Part shown: positions 9,798-20,500 of the stretch, piece by piece
How positions within the stretch are numbered: position 1 is the stretch's first letter
Layout: the number at the start of each line of letters is the position of its first letter
DNA from: Candidatus Latescibacterota bacterium
GTDB taxonomy: Bacteria > Latescibacterota > UBA2968 > UBA8231
Length of the DNA stretch: 64,000 nucleotides
Assembly (NCBI GenBank): GCA_965206595.1
Contig: OZ242214.1
Location: 3,296,001 to 3,360,000, forward strand
Direction: 5' to 3'
Position numbers and translations under genes: made by a program
The notes under the pieces: model-generated
Told to the model about the DNA's origin: nothing
Seen by the model: only the letters and a program-made list of their open reading frames with translations
Database searches by the model: none

Positions 9798-12700
9798 CTA
9801 ATTGCCGTGGGAGGCGCGGAAGATGGCATCGGGATCTCCGGGAATCGGCCGCGGCGAGAGGAGCTGCGCGTCGGAGAGATTGAGCGCCGCGTACGGGCCG
9901 TACTGGAGGACGAGCTGGGCCGCGGCGCATACCGCCCGGTATCCCGCATCGTCCTTCGAGGCCCCGCGGTTGGACTCGGGCCGGGAAGCGGCGATCAGGG
10001 CGCTGGCCAGCGCCGGCGCCGGCAGGAGGTCGGGCTCGATTCCAAGGCTGCGCAGGCCATCCAGGACCTGGGCGGCTCTCAAGGGCTCCAGGGAAAGATG
10101 GCGCACCGGCCTGTCCCGGGACGGTCCTGTCTCCAGAAGGGAGACCAGCTCCCGGCAGACCGCCTCCACCGGAGCGAGCTGCCAGGTCCAGTCCCCCTCG
10201 GGGAATACCCCTGCAGCCGCCAATGCCCGCACCGCCGAGGTCAAGCGGTCGCGGGGATCGCGGTTTCCGTTTTCGGAGGGGCCGAGAAGGTGGGGGACCC
10301 GCACGACCGAAACCGGCAGTCCCCGCTCGAAGGCGGACCAGACCAGCAGCTCCGCGGCGAACTTGGAGAGGGAGTAGCCGTCGGCGCCCGAGGCTTCGAG
10401 GTCCGCGGCCAGGGGGCGCATGGCATCGAGGCCGAAGGTGTCCTCCGGCCAGGTGGTCCCCAGGGGGAAGACGGCGCTCGAGGAGACGCAGTGGACGGGG
10501 GTGCCGTGCCGGAGAGCGAGCCGCAGCACTTCCCGGGTTCCGCCGACGTTTGCGGGCTCGAGGTCCTCGTAGGAGGCGAAGATGTCGAGGTCCGCGGCGA
10601 GGTGGAAGATGGCGTCGGCTTTTTCGGCCAGGGCGGCGAAGGCATCGGGGGAGAGCCCCATCAGCGGTTTCGCCAGGTCGCCCGGAATCACCTCCATGCG
10701 CTGATCCGGATTGCCCCGGGACAGGCCGCCCCTCCCATGCCGCTCCAGCGCCACTTCCAGGCGCCTGCGCGCGCCGCCGCCGCTGTCGGCCCGGACCAGG
10801 GCCACCACCTCAACAGGGGTGGTCCGCAGCAGGGCGTCCACCAAGGCCGCCCCGAGAAACCCGGTCGCTCCGGTCACCAGGACGGTCCGGGGAGGAGTCC
10901 GCGGTTCCGGGAGCCCTGCGGCAGGAGTGTCGATCTCCAGCTCGGGCGGGCTCCACCTTGGCCGCGGCTGCAGTCCTTTCTGTTCTTGGAGGAAGCGGGC
11001 CAGACTCAGCGGAGTGGGGTGCCGGTAGAGGTCGCCGACCGCTACGCGCCGCCCGGTGGCGTCGTGCAGAATCCCGCAGAGCCGGATCGCCCTGAGGGAG
11101 TGGCCGCCGCTGGCCTCGAAGTCGTCCCGCGGGCCGATCTCCGGATCGTCGAGTGCCACCCTGAAGGCGTCGAGCACCTGCTCCCGCAGATCGCCCGGCT
11201 CGGACCGCGGCCCCGCAGATGCGGACGAGGCCGGTTCGGTGAGGCGCAACTGCCGGCGGTCGACCTTCCCGGAAGGCAGGAGCGGAAGCTCCCCCACAGG
11301 GACGAACCTTCCCGGCAGGCTTTGTTGCGACACCCGGGAAGCAAGGTGAGCCCGCAGCCGGCCGGCGAGGGTTTCCCCCCGTAGACCCTCCCGCCTCGGT
11401 ACGACGTAAGCGACCAGCTCCGTCTGCCCTCGAGGATCGGTCTCGACCATGACGCAGGCCCGCCGGACAAGCGGGTGGCTCTCGAGGACCTCCTCGATCT
11501 CTCCGGGCTCCACCCAGGAACCGCGGATCTTGATGCCGCTGTCGCAGCGGCCAAGGATCTCGAGCTCGCCGCCGGGATGTAACACGCCGAGGTCGCCGGT
11601 ATCCCAGACGCGGGTACGGCGCCGGCTTCCGTCCGGAGCGGGCAGATCCGCCTCGACATAACCGTCGCCGCCCCCGTCAGCGCCGTGGACAGCCCGCGCC
11701 AGGGCGCTGCCCCCCACCAGGATTCTGCCGGGGCTCCCCACCTCAACGAGACGTTGGGGGTCGTCCCGATCGCAGATGTGGACCTCGGCGAAGTCGGCAA
11801 CGACCCCGCATGTGACCGCTTTCCCGGGCCTGAGCTCGCCGCCGGCGATGTCGTGGCATTCCGCCGTCGAGTAGAGATTGGCGATCCGCACCCGGGGCAG
11901 GGCTTCCCAGGCGCGCTGCACGATGGCCGGTGCGGCGATTTCGCCGCAGAGGACGAGCAGGCGCAGACGCCGCAGCGCCTCGATTCCTTCGGCGCAGTCG
12001 AGGCAGGCGCCCAGCAGGGTCGGGGTCATCATGATCCGCGTGATACCGAAGCGGACGATGGCGGAAGCCAGGGCGAACGGGTCCCGCATGGTCTCGTCGC
12101 GGATCAGCACCGCCGGGACGCCCCGGCACAGCGCCGGGACCGCGTCCCAGATGCCGAAGATGTTGCAGCCCACCGCGTCCCTTGCCGGGTCGAAGGGCCA
12201 GAGCCGGCAGCGCCAGGCGTGCGAAAGCATCGACCCCACGTGATCGGTGGCGACCATTCTCGGGATGCCCGTCCGGGTGCCCGAGGTGAAAGCGAGGTGC
12301 GCGGTGCGTAGCGGGTCGGGCTCGGGGAAGGTGATTCCCGCGTTTTCCCGGGGCGCTTCCTCTTCGATCCAGATCCTGGCTGCATCCTCCTCGAGAGAGG
12401 CAGGCAGGACCGGGGCGAACCGCCGGGAGGTCACCACCACGCGGAGGGGCGCGCGCGCGAGTACCTGCTCCATAATCGCCGGTGAGTGTGGTGCCAGGGG
12501 GACGTAGGGAAGCCCCGCCTTCAGACAGGCGAAGTAGGTGACGATCTTGTCGGCGTCGTTCTCCAGAAGGACGCCGACACCTGGCTGCAGCTGCCCACCC
12601 CGGCAACGCCGCAGCAGGGTGGCGGCACGGGCCTCGACGGCAGCAATGAGCTCCCTGTAGGTCAGGTAACCCCTGTCGTCGACGAGGATGGCCCTGTCCG

Positions 12701-12824
12701 GGGCCAGCCCGGCCTGCCGGGCGAAGGCGGCGTCGATGCACTCAGGGGCCGCGCTTCCCTCGGGGCGCGGGGGACGGATGCGCTGGTACCAAGGGAGGGC
12801 GGTGCTGGAGAGGTACGGGGGCAT
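9798..12824 (-). CDS. NRPS-like adenylation-thiolation-thioester reductase (A-T-R)
   Basis: A domain (FTSGT.TG.P, DTGDLG, LPSGKVDR), carrier-protein serine GGHSL, R domain TGATGFLG and YSLSK. Confidence 0.88.
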   Translation of the reverse strand: MPPYLSSTALPWYQRIRPPRPEGSAAPECIDAAFARQAGLAPDRAILVDDRGYLTYRELIAAVEARAATLLRRCRGGQLQPGVGVLLENDADKIVTYFACLKAGLPYVPLAPHSPAIMEQVLARAPLRVVVTSRRFAPVLPASLEEDAARIWIEEEAPRENAGITFPEPDPLRTAHLAFTSGTRTGIPRMVATDHVGSMLSHAWRCRLWPFDPARDAVGCNIFGIWDAVPALCRGVPAVLIRDETMRDPFALASAIVRFGITRIMMTPTLLGACLDCAEGIEALRRLRLLVLCGEIAAPAIVQRAWEALPRVRIANLYSTAECHDIAGGELRPGKAVTCGVVADFAEVHICDRDDPQRLVEVGSPGRILVGGSALARAVHGADGGGDGYVEADLPAPDGSRRRTRVWDTGDLGVLHPGGELEILGRCDSGIKIRGSWVEPGEIEEVLESHPLVRRACVMVETDPRGQTELVAYVVPRREGLRGETLAGRLRAHLASRVSQQSLPGRFVPVGELPLLPSGKVDRRQLRLTEPASSASAGPRSEPGDLREQVLDAFRVALDDPEIGPRDDFEASGGHSLRAIRLCGILHDATGRRVAVGDLYRHPTPLSLARFLQEQKGLQPRPRWSPPELEIDTPAAGLPEPRTPPRTVLVTGATGFLGAALVDALLRTTPVEVVALVRADSGGGARRRLEVALERHGRGGLSRGNPDQRMEVIPGDLAKPLMGLSPDAFAALAEKADAIFHLAADLDIFASYEDLEPANVGGTREVLRLALRHGTPVHCVSSSAVFPLGTTWPEDTFGLDAMRPLAADLEASGADGYSLSKFAAELLVWSAFERGLPVSVVRVPHLLGPSENGNRDPRDRLTSAVRALAAAGVFPEGDWTWQLAPVEAVCRELVSLLETGPSRDRPVRHLSLEPLRAAQVLDGLRSLGIEPDLLPAPALASALIAASRPESNRGASKDDAGYRAVCAAAQLVLQYGPYAALNLSDAQLLSPRPIPGDPDAIFRASHGN

Positions 12825-13165
12825 GGTGGCCGGGCAGGGAAGGCTACCGGGTGGGGGAGTATGTGGGAAGCACAGTGGATCTATTGTGGTGAAGTACGAC
12901 TAGGATGTCGGGGTCTGCGGCGTGCATCATGTCGCCGTAACTTAAACATTGCATATGGATAAGGGCCGCTGTCCTGGCGGGCGAACCTGGAATATGAGAA
13001 GCCTTCACACTCTTGTGCACGGACCAATCAGGTCGTGGCCGATTCCCTTCATTGATGCTGCTGAAGACCTTCCGGCTGGAGTTCGCCGGCAATGAGGTGA
13101 TCCGTCACACCCGATTCATTCTGCCGTTGCGGTTGCATTTTTAGGCACATAAGGAGGAAGCAGAG

Positions 13166-15919
13166 GTGGCAGGCAAGAAGAAAAAGGCGAGCCGGGCGGG
13201 GAATAGGCGGAGCGCCAAGAGCTACGCACATCCGGAAGCGAGTGCGCTCCTCCGGCCCGATGTCGGCATGCAGGCGCAGTTCCGCAAGAAGAAGCCGCCG
13301 GCCACCTACCGTTACGATTCTTCGCTCTCACCGGCCCTGGACTGGGACGGACAGAATCCTGCCCGGGAGGAGGCCGAGACGAAGATCGCCGCGTTGGAGG
13401 AGCACATCACGCAACTGTCCGCAATTGTCGATTCGGCAGACACCGGAGGTATTTCGGAGAGCGATCTCGCCAACGCCAAAGAACAGCTTGCGGCCGCCCG
13501 GGAAGACGCGGCCTCACTGAAGGCGCTTTCCAAGCCCTTCCTCGACTGGGCTGGAAAGGCCGAGCGGTTGTCCTTCGACGTGCCGACGCTGCCTCTGTTC
13601 GTCCACGAGCGGCTCTCCACAGCGGCGATTCTCGAGACGTTGAAGGGTCACACACGGGACCGGCAGATCGACATGTTCGACCTGTTCGGCGAGAGCGACC
13701 TGCCCATTCACGATCGGCTGCTGAGGGCGTACGAGCACCAGAACGGGTGGGTGAACCGGCTGATTCTGGGCGACTCGCTGGTGGTGATGAACTCCTTGCT
13801 CGGATACGAGGGCCTCGGAGGCCAGGTTCAGACTATCTACATGGACCCGCCCTACGCGGTGAAGTTCGGCTCGAACTTCCAGCCCTTCGTGCGCAAGCGT
13901 GACGTCACCCACGGCGACGACGAAGACATGGTGCGCGAGCCGGAGATGGTGCAGGCATACCGGGACACCTGGGAGCTTGGCCTCCACTCCTTCCTGACCT
14001 ATCTCCGCGACCGCCTGCTGCTCGCGCGGGAGCTGCTTCATCCCTCAGGGAGCATCTTCGTGCAGATGTCTGACACCAACCTGCACCACGTCCGCGAGGT
14101 GATGGACGAGGTGTTCGGACCCGAGTGCTTCGTCTCGCAGATCAGTTTCCAGACTACCTCGGGGTTTCAGACCAAAACCCTCGCGACGCTCGGCGACTTC
14201 CTGCTGTGGTACGCGCGGGACCCGGAGCGGCTCAAAGTGCGGAAGATGTTCGAGGAGCAGCCCGCGGTTCCCGGCGAAGGCAACGCGAGGTGGGTGCTGC
14301 TCCCGGACGGAAACTACCGGGGTGTGACCGCAGCTGAGAGACGCAGGGAAGTACCACTGCCTGGAGATGCTCGCCTCTACAATCCCGATAACATCCAGTC
14401 GCAGGGAGCTTCCCGAGAACCGCAGCCCTTCGAGTTCGAGGGCAAGGTTTACCGCCCGAACCCCAACTCGTATTGGAAACCCAACTACCCGGACGGGCTT
14501 GAGCGTCTCGCCGCGGAAGACCGGATCCATGTGGCGGCCAACAGCCTTCGTTTCCGACGGTTCGCCTCGGATTTTCCCTACAAGGAACGGGGCAACCTCT
14601 GGACCGATACCCTGACAGGCAGCTTCACGGAGGAGAAGACTTACGTCGTACAGACGAACCCCAAGGTTATCGAACGCTGCCTCCTCATGACCTCCGATCC
14701 CGGCGACCTTGTCTTCGATCCCACTTGCGGTTCTGGCACGACGGCGTACTGCGCGGAGAAGTGGGGACGCCGGTGGATCACCACCGACACCTCACGGGTG
14801 CCCCTCGCTCTTGCACGACAACGGCTGCTCACCAGCACCTTCGACTATTTCCAACTCAAGGAATCCGAACGGGGTCCCGCAGGGGGCTTCGATTACCAGC
14901 GTCGGCAGAATGCCAAGGGTGAAGAGGTCGGCGGCATCGTTCCCCACATCACTCTCGAGTCGATTGCCAACGACGAGCCCGCGAAGGAAGAAGTGCTCGT
15001 CGACCGGCCCGAGACGGACGACGGCATCACACGGGTAAGCGGCCCCTTCTGCGTCGAGGCCACCATTCCGACCCCGATGGACTGGGAAGACGGGGAAGGA
15101 GGCTCATCTGACAAGGCGGCGGACGGGCACGCGGATCACGTCGAGCGGATGATCGAGGTGTTGCGGCGCTCGCCGATACTGCGTCTCGCGGGCGGTAATA
15201 TGGTTGCCCTTTCCAAGGTGCGCCCGCCCGCGAGGACGATGAGTTTGTCCGCCGAGGCTCTGGTGGAGGGCGACAGCCCGAAGACGGCTGCTATCGTCTT
15301 CGGGCCGGAAAACGGGGCCGTGGCGGAGAGGCTCGTGTTCGAGGCGGCACGGGAGGCGTATGGCAAGAGCTACGGCCATCTCTACGTCATCGGTTTCGCC
15401 ATTCAACCTGATGCACGCCGCTTGGTCGAAGACTGCGAGCAAGCGGTCGGGGTGCCCGCCACCTATGTCCAGGCGAGCATGGATCTGGTGATGGGAGATC
15501 TGCTGAAGAATCTGCGGTCGAGTCAGATATTCTCGGTTTGCGGTCTTCCCGACGTACGGATCAAAGAAACCTCCAAGCAGGACTACCAGATCGAGCTCCT
15601 CGGTCTCGACGTGTTCGATCCCGTGGTAATGAACTCGGATCACCAAGAGGGGAACGACGTGCCGGCCTGGTTCCTCGACACGGATTACAATGGGCTCTGT
15701 TTCCATGTGTGCCAGGCGTTCTTTCCACGTACTTCTGCCTGGCAAGGCCTCAAGCATTCCCTTCGGGGCGATTTCGAGGACAGCGTCTGGCAGCATCTTT
15801 CCGGGACGGTCAGCGCTCCTTTCCAGGCCGGTGACCATGGTCAGGTGGCGGTGAAGGTCGTGGATGATCGCGGTAACGAGTTGATGGTGGTCAAGCCGCT
15901 CTCGGAGGCTGGTGCGTGA
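13166..15919 (+). CDS. mod: Type III restriction-modification DNA methyltransferase (Mod)
   Basis: NRLILGDSL, catalytic IYMDPPY, SAM motif DPTCGSGTT in beta-class order; first gene of an operon with res. Confidence 0.88.
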   Translation: MAGKKKKASRAGNRRSAKSYAHPEASALLRPDVGMQAQFRKKKPPATYRYDSSLSPALDWDGQNPAREEAETKIAALEEHITQLSAIVDSADTGGISESDLANAKEQLAAAREDAASLKALSKPFLDWAGKAERLSFDVPTLPLFVHERLSTAAILETLKGHTRDRQIDMFDLFGESDLPIHDRLLRAYEHQNGWVNRLILGDSLVVMNSLLGYEGLGGQVQTIYMDPPYAVKFGSNFQPFVRKRDVTHGDDEDMVREPEMVQAYRDTWELGLHSFLTYLRDRLLLARELLHPSGSIFVQMSDTNLHHVREVMDEVFGPECFVSQISFQTTSGFQTKTLATLGDFLLWYARDPERLKVRKMFEEQPAVPGEGNARWVLLPDGNYRGVTAAERRREVPLPGDARLYNPDNIQSQGASREPQPFEFEGKVYRPNPNSYWKPNYPDGLERLAAEDRIHVAANSLRFRRFASDFPYKERGNLWTDTLTGSFTEEKTYVVQTNPKVIERCLLMTSDPGDLVFDPTCGSGTTAYCAEKWGRRWITTDTSRVPLALARQRLLTSTFDYFQLKESERGPAGGFDYQRRQNAKGEEVGGIVPHITLESIANDEPAKEEVLVDRPETDDGITRVSGPFCVEATIPTPMDWEDGEGGSSDKAADGHADHVERMIEVLRRSPILRLAGGNMVALSKVRPPARTMSLSAEALVEGDSPKTAAIVFGPENGAVAERLVFEAAREAYGKSYGHLYVIGFAIQPDARRLVEDCEQAVGVPATYVQASMDLVMGDLLKNLRSSQIFSVCGLPDVRIKETSKQDYQIELLGLDVFDPVVMNSDHQEGNDVPAWFLDTDYNGLCFHVCQAFFPRTSAWQGLKHSLRGDFEDSVWQHLSGTVSAPFQAGDHGQVAVKVVDDRGNELMVVKPLSEAGA

Positions 15920-17565
15920 TACACACCGTTCGCATACGCGGCTTCAAGCGCTTCGACGAAGTCGAGTTCCGTCTGCCGGGGCACTTGGTCCTGGCCGGTC
16001 CGAACAATACCGGCAAGACGACGGTGCTTCAGGCCATCGCGTCATGGTCGCTGGCTCTCCGACGATGGCGCGAGCTCAACGATTTCAATCCTCGAATGGG
16101 TTACACCCGCGCGCCCATAGCCCGGCAGGCCTTCGCGGCGGTCCCCCTTCGGAGCTTTGATCTGATGTGGAAGGATCGCCAATACCGGGGGCAGATCGAG
16201 ATCGAGATCCGGCACCAAGCGGGCTGGTCCGTTACGATGGAGCTCATCGCCGACAGCACCGAGCAGATCTACGTTCGGCCCAAGGCGGAAGTGCCGGCGG
16301 ATACACTACGAGAACTGGATCTCGGAGTGGTCTATGTGCCTCCGATGACCGGATTGGAGACAAACGAACGGCTCTTTCAGCCCGCCGCTGTAGAGCAAAT
16401 CCTTGGTCTCAGTCGTCCCGGTGAAGTTCTGCGCAACCTGCTCGTCACCGCGAACCTGAATGATGCTGCTTGGAACGCACTCCAGGATTCCATCGGGAAG
16501 CTCTTTGGCTATGAACTGCTGCCCCCCGACGCCAGCGGACCGTACATACGCGCAGAGTACACAATGACCCAGGGGGGCCAGCCGCTTGACATCGCCAGCG
16601 CGGGCAGCGGATTCCAACAGGTGCTGATGCTGCTCACGTTTCTCAATACGCGGAAGGGCTCGGTGCTTCTTCTTGACGAGCCCGATGCCCATCTGCACTT
16701 GATTCTCCAAGACGCCATCTACCACGAGCTTCGCACGGTTGCCGCACGTCACCGATCGCAACTTGTAATCGCCACCCACTCTGAGGTAATCATCAATTCG
16801 GTGGAGCCTCGCGAGCTCTGCGTTACGCTCAACGAGCCGAGGATGGTCGCCGACAGCGACGAGCAGAGCCGACTGATTTCCTCGCTTCGCGTGCTCAGCA
16901 ACGCAGATGTCATGCAGGCGCTCGAGGTCCGTGGGATCCTGTATGTCGAGGACTACACTGACATAGACATCCTGCGTGCATGGGCGTCCACACTTGGACA
17001 CCGGGCAGAGCGGCTGCTTACCACGGAGCTCATGTGGAAGCCACTGGTATTCCAGGCGCAAGAGGGGCGTCAAGGGATCAGAGCGCGCGATCATTATGAA
17101 GCCTTGCAGCTTGTACGTGAGGAGCTACCCGGGTTCGAACTTCGAGACGGCGACGCTAAACCGCCCGTACCCGACAGCGAGATAAGCGGCACTGGTTTAC
17201 AGCGTCTCCGCTGGCGACGGTACGAGATCGAGAGCTATCTCATCCACCCGGACGCGCTCGCCCGCTTCGTCGAGGCCGAGGTTGGGGTCGAGGCAACCGA
17301 GTCGCATGTGGAAGACATGCTCGCTTACTGGCGCGACGAGTTTCCACCTGTGGTAGCGAGGGAGCCACTGGGCGATCATGAGTATCTGAATGTGACGAAA
17401 GCCCGCGAGAAACTGCTTCCTCCGCTGTTGGCAGCGGCAGGACTGCCAGGTCTGCCTTATACCCGCTACCACGAGATCGCCGAGAGGATGCGTCCAGAGG
17501 AGATTCACCCTGAGGTAGTCGAGAAGCTCGATGTCATCTGCCGCGCATTCGGAGTCGAGCCATGA
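15916..17565 (+). CDS. ABC-type ATPase fused to a TOPRIM-like nuclease domain (OLD / fused PARIS-like)
   Basis: GPNNTGKT, AGSGFQQ, LLLDEPDAHLH, IATHS; C-terminal YVEDYTD, RDGD, YEIESY. 4-bp overlaps with mod (GTGA) and res (ATGA). Confidence 0.8.
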   Translation: MIHTVRIRGFKRFDEVEFRLPGHLVLAGPNNTGKTTVLQAIASWSLALRRWRELNDFNPRMGYTRAPIARQAFAAVPLRSFDLMWKDRQYRGQIEIEIRHQAGWSVTMELIADSTEQIYVRPKAEVPADTLRELDLGVVYVPPMTGLETNERLFQPAAVEQILGLSRPGEVLRNLLVTANLNDAAWNALQDSIGKLFGYELLPPDASGPYIRAEYTMTQGGQPLDIASAGSGFQQVLMLLTFLNTRKGSVLLLDEPDAHLHLILQDAIYHELRTVAARHRSQLVIATHSEVIINSVEPRELCVTLNEPRMVADSDEQSRLISSLRVLSNADVMQALEVRGILYVEDYTDIDILRAWASTLGHRAERLLTTELMWKPLVFQAQEGRQGIRARDHYEALQLVREELPGFELRDGDAKPPVPDSEISGTGLQRLRWRRYEIESYLIHPDALARFVEAEVGVEATESHVEDMLAYWRDEFPPVVAREPLGDHEYLNVTKAREKLLPPLLAAAGLPGLPYTRYHEIAERMRPEEIHPEVVEKLDVICRAFGVEP

Positions 17566-20500
17566 ACGCGCACGAAGTGCCCGAGCCGATTCTCAATTCA
17601 CCATTCGAGGAACCGACGAAGCACTGGTGGATCACGGAGCATGAACCGCCTGAGCGGCGTTCAGGCAGGCGTCCGGCCATGTACTATTACCGGCGACCGG
17701 GTATTGAGCCGTCGTTGGACCAGCAAGGGGTCGGCACGGCCATTGAGTTGAAGCTCGTCAATCGAGTCCGCGCCAAGCTCGCCGAGTGGCGGCCCTTGGC
17801 GTTGCGCGGCGAAGGCGGCGTGACCCGGACCACAATGGAATTGATGCGTTACTGGCGGCAGGATGGGCGGAAGCACCGGTTGTTCTTCGCTCAGATCGAG
17901 GCCGCCGAGACCATCATCTTCCTCACCGAGGCGCGCCCGGACTTCCTGCAAGGGATTCGGGTGCCGCTGGACGAGCCGGGTGAGGAGGCGCAGGCGGACG
18001 GTATCCGGGCTTTCCGCCGCTACGCGTGCAAGATGGCAACGGGCACGGGCAAGACCACCGTCATGGGCATGCTCGCTGCCTGGAGCATTCTCAACAAAGT
18101 GGCGGCACGGGGCGATGCCCGCTATTCGGATGCGGTGTTGATCGTCTGTCCCAACATAACCATCCGTAACCGGCTCGAGGAATTGAAGCCGCAGGCGGGG
18201 GGGGCTAGCCTCTATCGCACACGCGACCTTGTTCCGTCACACCTGATGCCCCACCTCACGCGCGGGTATGTGCTTGTCACCAACTGGCACGTGTTCGAGC
18301 CGAAGACCGCCCAGGTCGCAGGTCAGTCGGCCAAGGTCCTTCGTGCCGGGCGGGAAGTCCGCACCAGAGAGCGTATCCGCATAGGCCCCAAGACAACGAC
18401 GGCACGTGGCCTGCGCTATCTGACTTTGGAGGATCTGGAACGGCAGGTTGCCACCGGACTGGTCGAGGTCAGTGAGGAACACCGGGACTCGCAAGGGAAT
18501 CTCAAGTCGGTGTCCGTCGAATCGTTCCGTTACGTCGAGAGTGACGCCAAGCTGATCGAACGCGTTCTCGGGCGCGAGATCGGTGGCAAGAGAAACCTCC
18601 TGGTCATGAACGACGAGGCGCACCACGCATACCGGCTCAGGCGTTCAGAGCCGGACGTGAGCGAGGAGAGCCTGTTCGGGGAAGCAGATGAGGATGAGGA
18701 GTTCTTTCGAGAGGCGACGGTGTGGATCGATGGTCTCGATCGGATCCACAAGCATCGAGACATCAACTTGTGTGTGGATCTCTCCGCCACACCTTACTAC
18801 TTGGGCAGGGTCGGGCAGGATGCCAACCGGCCGTTCCCTTGGGTAGTGAGTGATTTCGGGCTCGTCGATGCCATCGAGTCAGGTCTAGTCAAGATTCCCC
18901 AGCTTGCGGTTCGGGACACGACCGGCAGCCCAATCCCCGGCTACTTCAACATCTGGCGCTGGATCCTTCCGAAGTTGACTCCGGCGGAGCGTGGCGGCCG
19001 GCGGGGGGGTGTCAAGCCGGAGGCGGTGCTGAAGTACGCGCACGTTCCGGTCGCTATGCTTGGTGGTCTCTGGGAGCTGCTTCGTCAGGAGTGGGACCGG
19101 TGCGAGACTGACAGCCGTCCCCCCGTCTTCATTCTCGTGTGCAACAACACCGCCCTCGCCAAGGTCATCTATCGTTGGCTCGCGGAGGGCGAGGCGCCAG
19201 TTGGCATACCGCCTGCACGTCTAGATGGGTTGCGCAATTCGGACGGGAACCTTTACACCATACGCGTGGACTCCAAGGTCGTACGCGAGTCCGACAGCGG
19301 CCAGGCGAAGTCCGATGAAGACCGTTGGATGCGTCTGACCCTGGATACAGTAGGCAAGACCGACTGGCCGCGGGACGGACAGGGACGCCCCATCTATCCC
19401 GAAGATTTCGAAGTATTAGCGAAAAAGCTTGAACGTCCTCTCCATCCACCGGGTCGAGACGTGCGATGCATTGTCAGCGTCGGCATGCTGACCGAGGGAT
19501 GGGACTGCAACACCGTCACCCACATCGTCGGGCTTCGACCGTTCATGTCGCAATTGCTCTGCGAGCAAGTCGTGGGCAGAGGGCTGCGGCGCTCGAGCTA
19601 TGCCGTGGGGGAAGACGGCAAGCTGGGCGAGGAGGTTGCGAAGATATTCGGCGTTCCGTTCGAGATCGTGCCACTCAAAGAGAACCCCCAAGCCAACGGT
19701 CCGGTGCCGCCTCCGAAAGTTTGGCGAATACGGGCTGTTCCCGAAAAGGCCCATCTCGAGATCCAGTTCCCCCGTGTAGAGGGTTACACCCAAGGGATCA
19801 GGTACCGGGTGAAGATAGATTGGGAGAATATCGCCCCTCTCCGTCTGGATCCCCTGGACATTCCTCCCGAAGTGGAAATGAAGGTGGGTCTTCCGAGCAA
19901 CACCGGCCGGCCTTCGCTGGTGGGCCCCGGACATCTTGAGCGCGTGGACCTCAACCCTTACCGGATGAATCGCCGGCAGCAGCGGTTGGTGTTTGAAATG
20001 GCGCGGGATTTGACACGGGATTACCGGCAGCAACCCGGGTGCGAGGTACCGGCTCACATGCTGTTCACCCAACTCGCGACAATCGTCGATCGTTACCTAA
20101 AGGAGAAGGTGGTCCCCGTCGAGCCGGCGCGAGACATCGATGTATTCCTCTCTCCTTGGTATGGGTGGCTGGTGGAACGGCTCATCGCCGCTATACAACC
20201 CGACCACAGCGCCGGGGATGAGGCGATGGTACCGCGATACGAGAGTGGCCGAGAGCCCGGATCGACTGCCGAGGTCGACTTCGAGACACGGCAAGAGCCG
20301 TACCCGGTTGTCAAAAGCCACGTAAATGCCGTCGTGCCCGATACCATGCAATGGGAGCAATCAGCCGCTTACCGCCTGGACACCCATGAGCACGTGCACT
20401 CGTTCGTCAAGAACGCCGGTCTCGGTTTCGCGATTCCCTATGTGCATAACGGGGAGCAACACGAGTACTTGCCCGATTTCATCATCCGGTTGAAAGGAGA

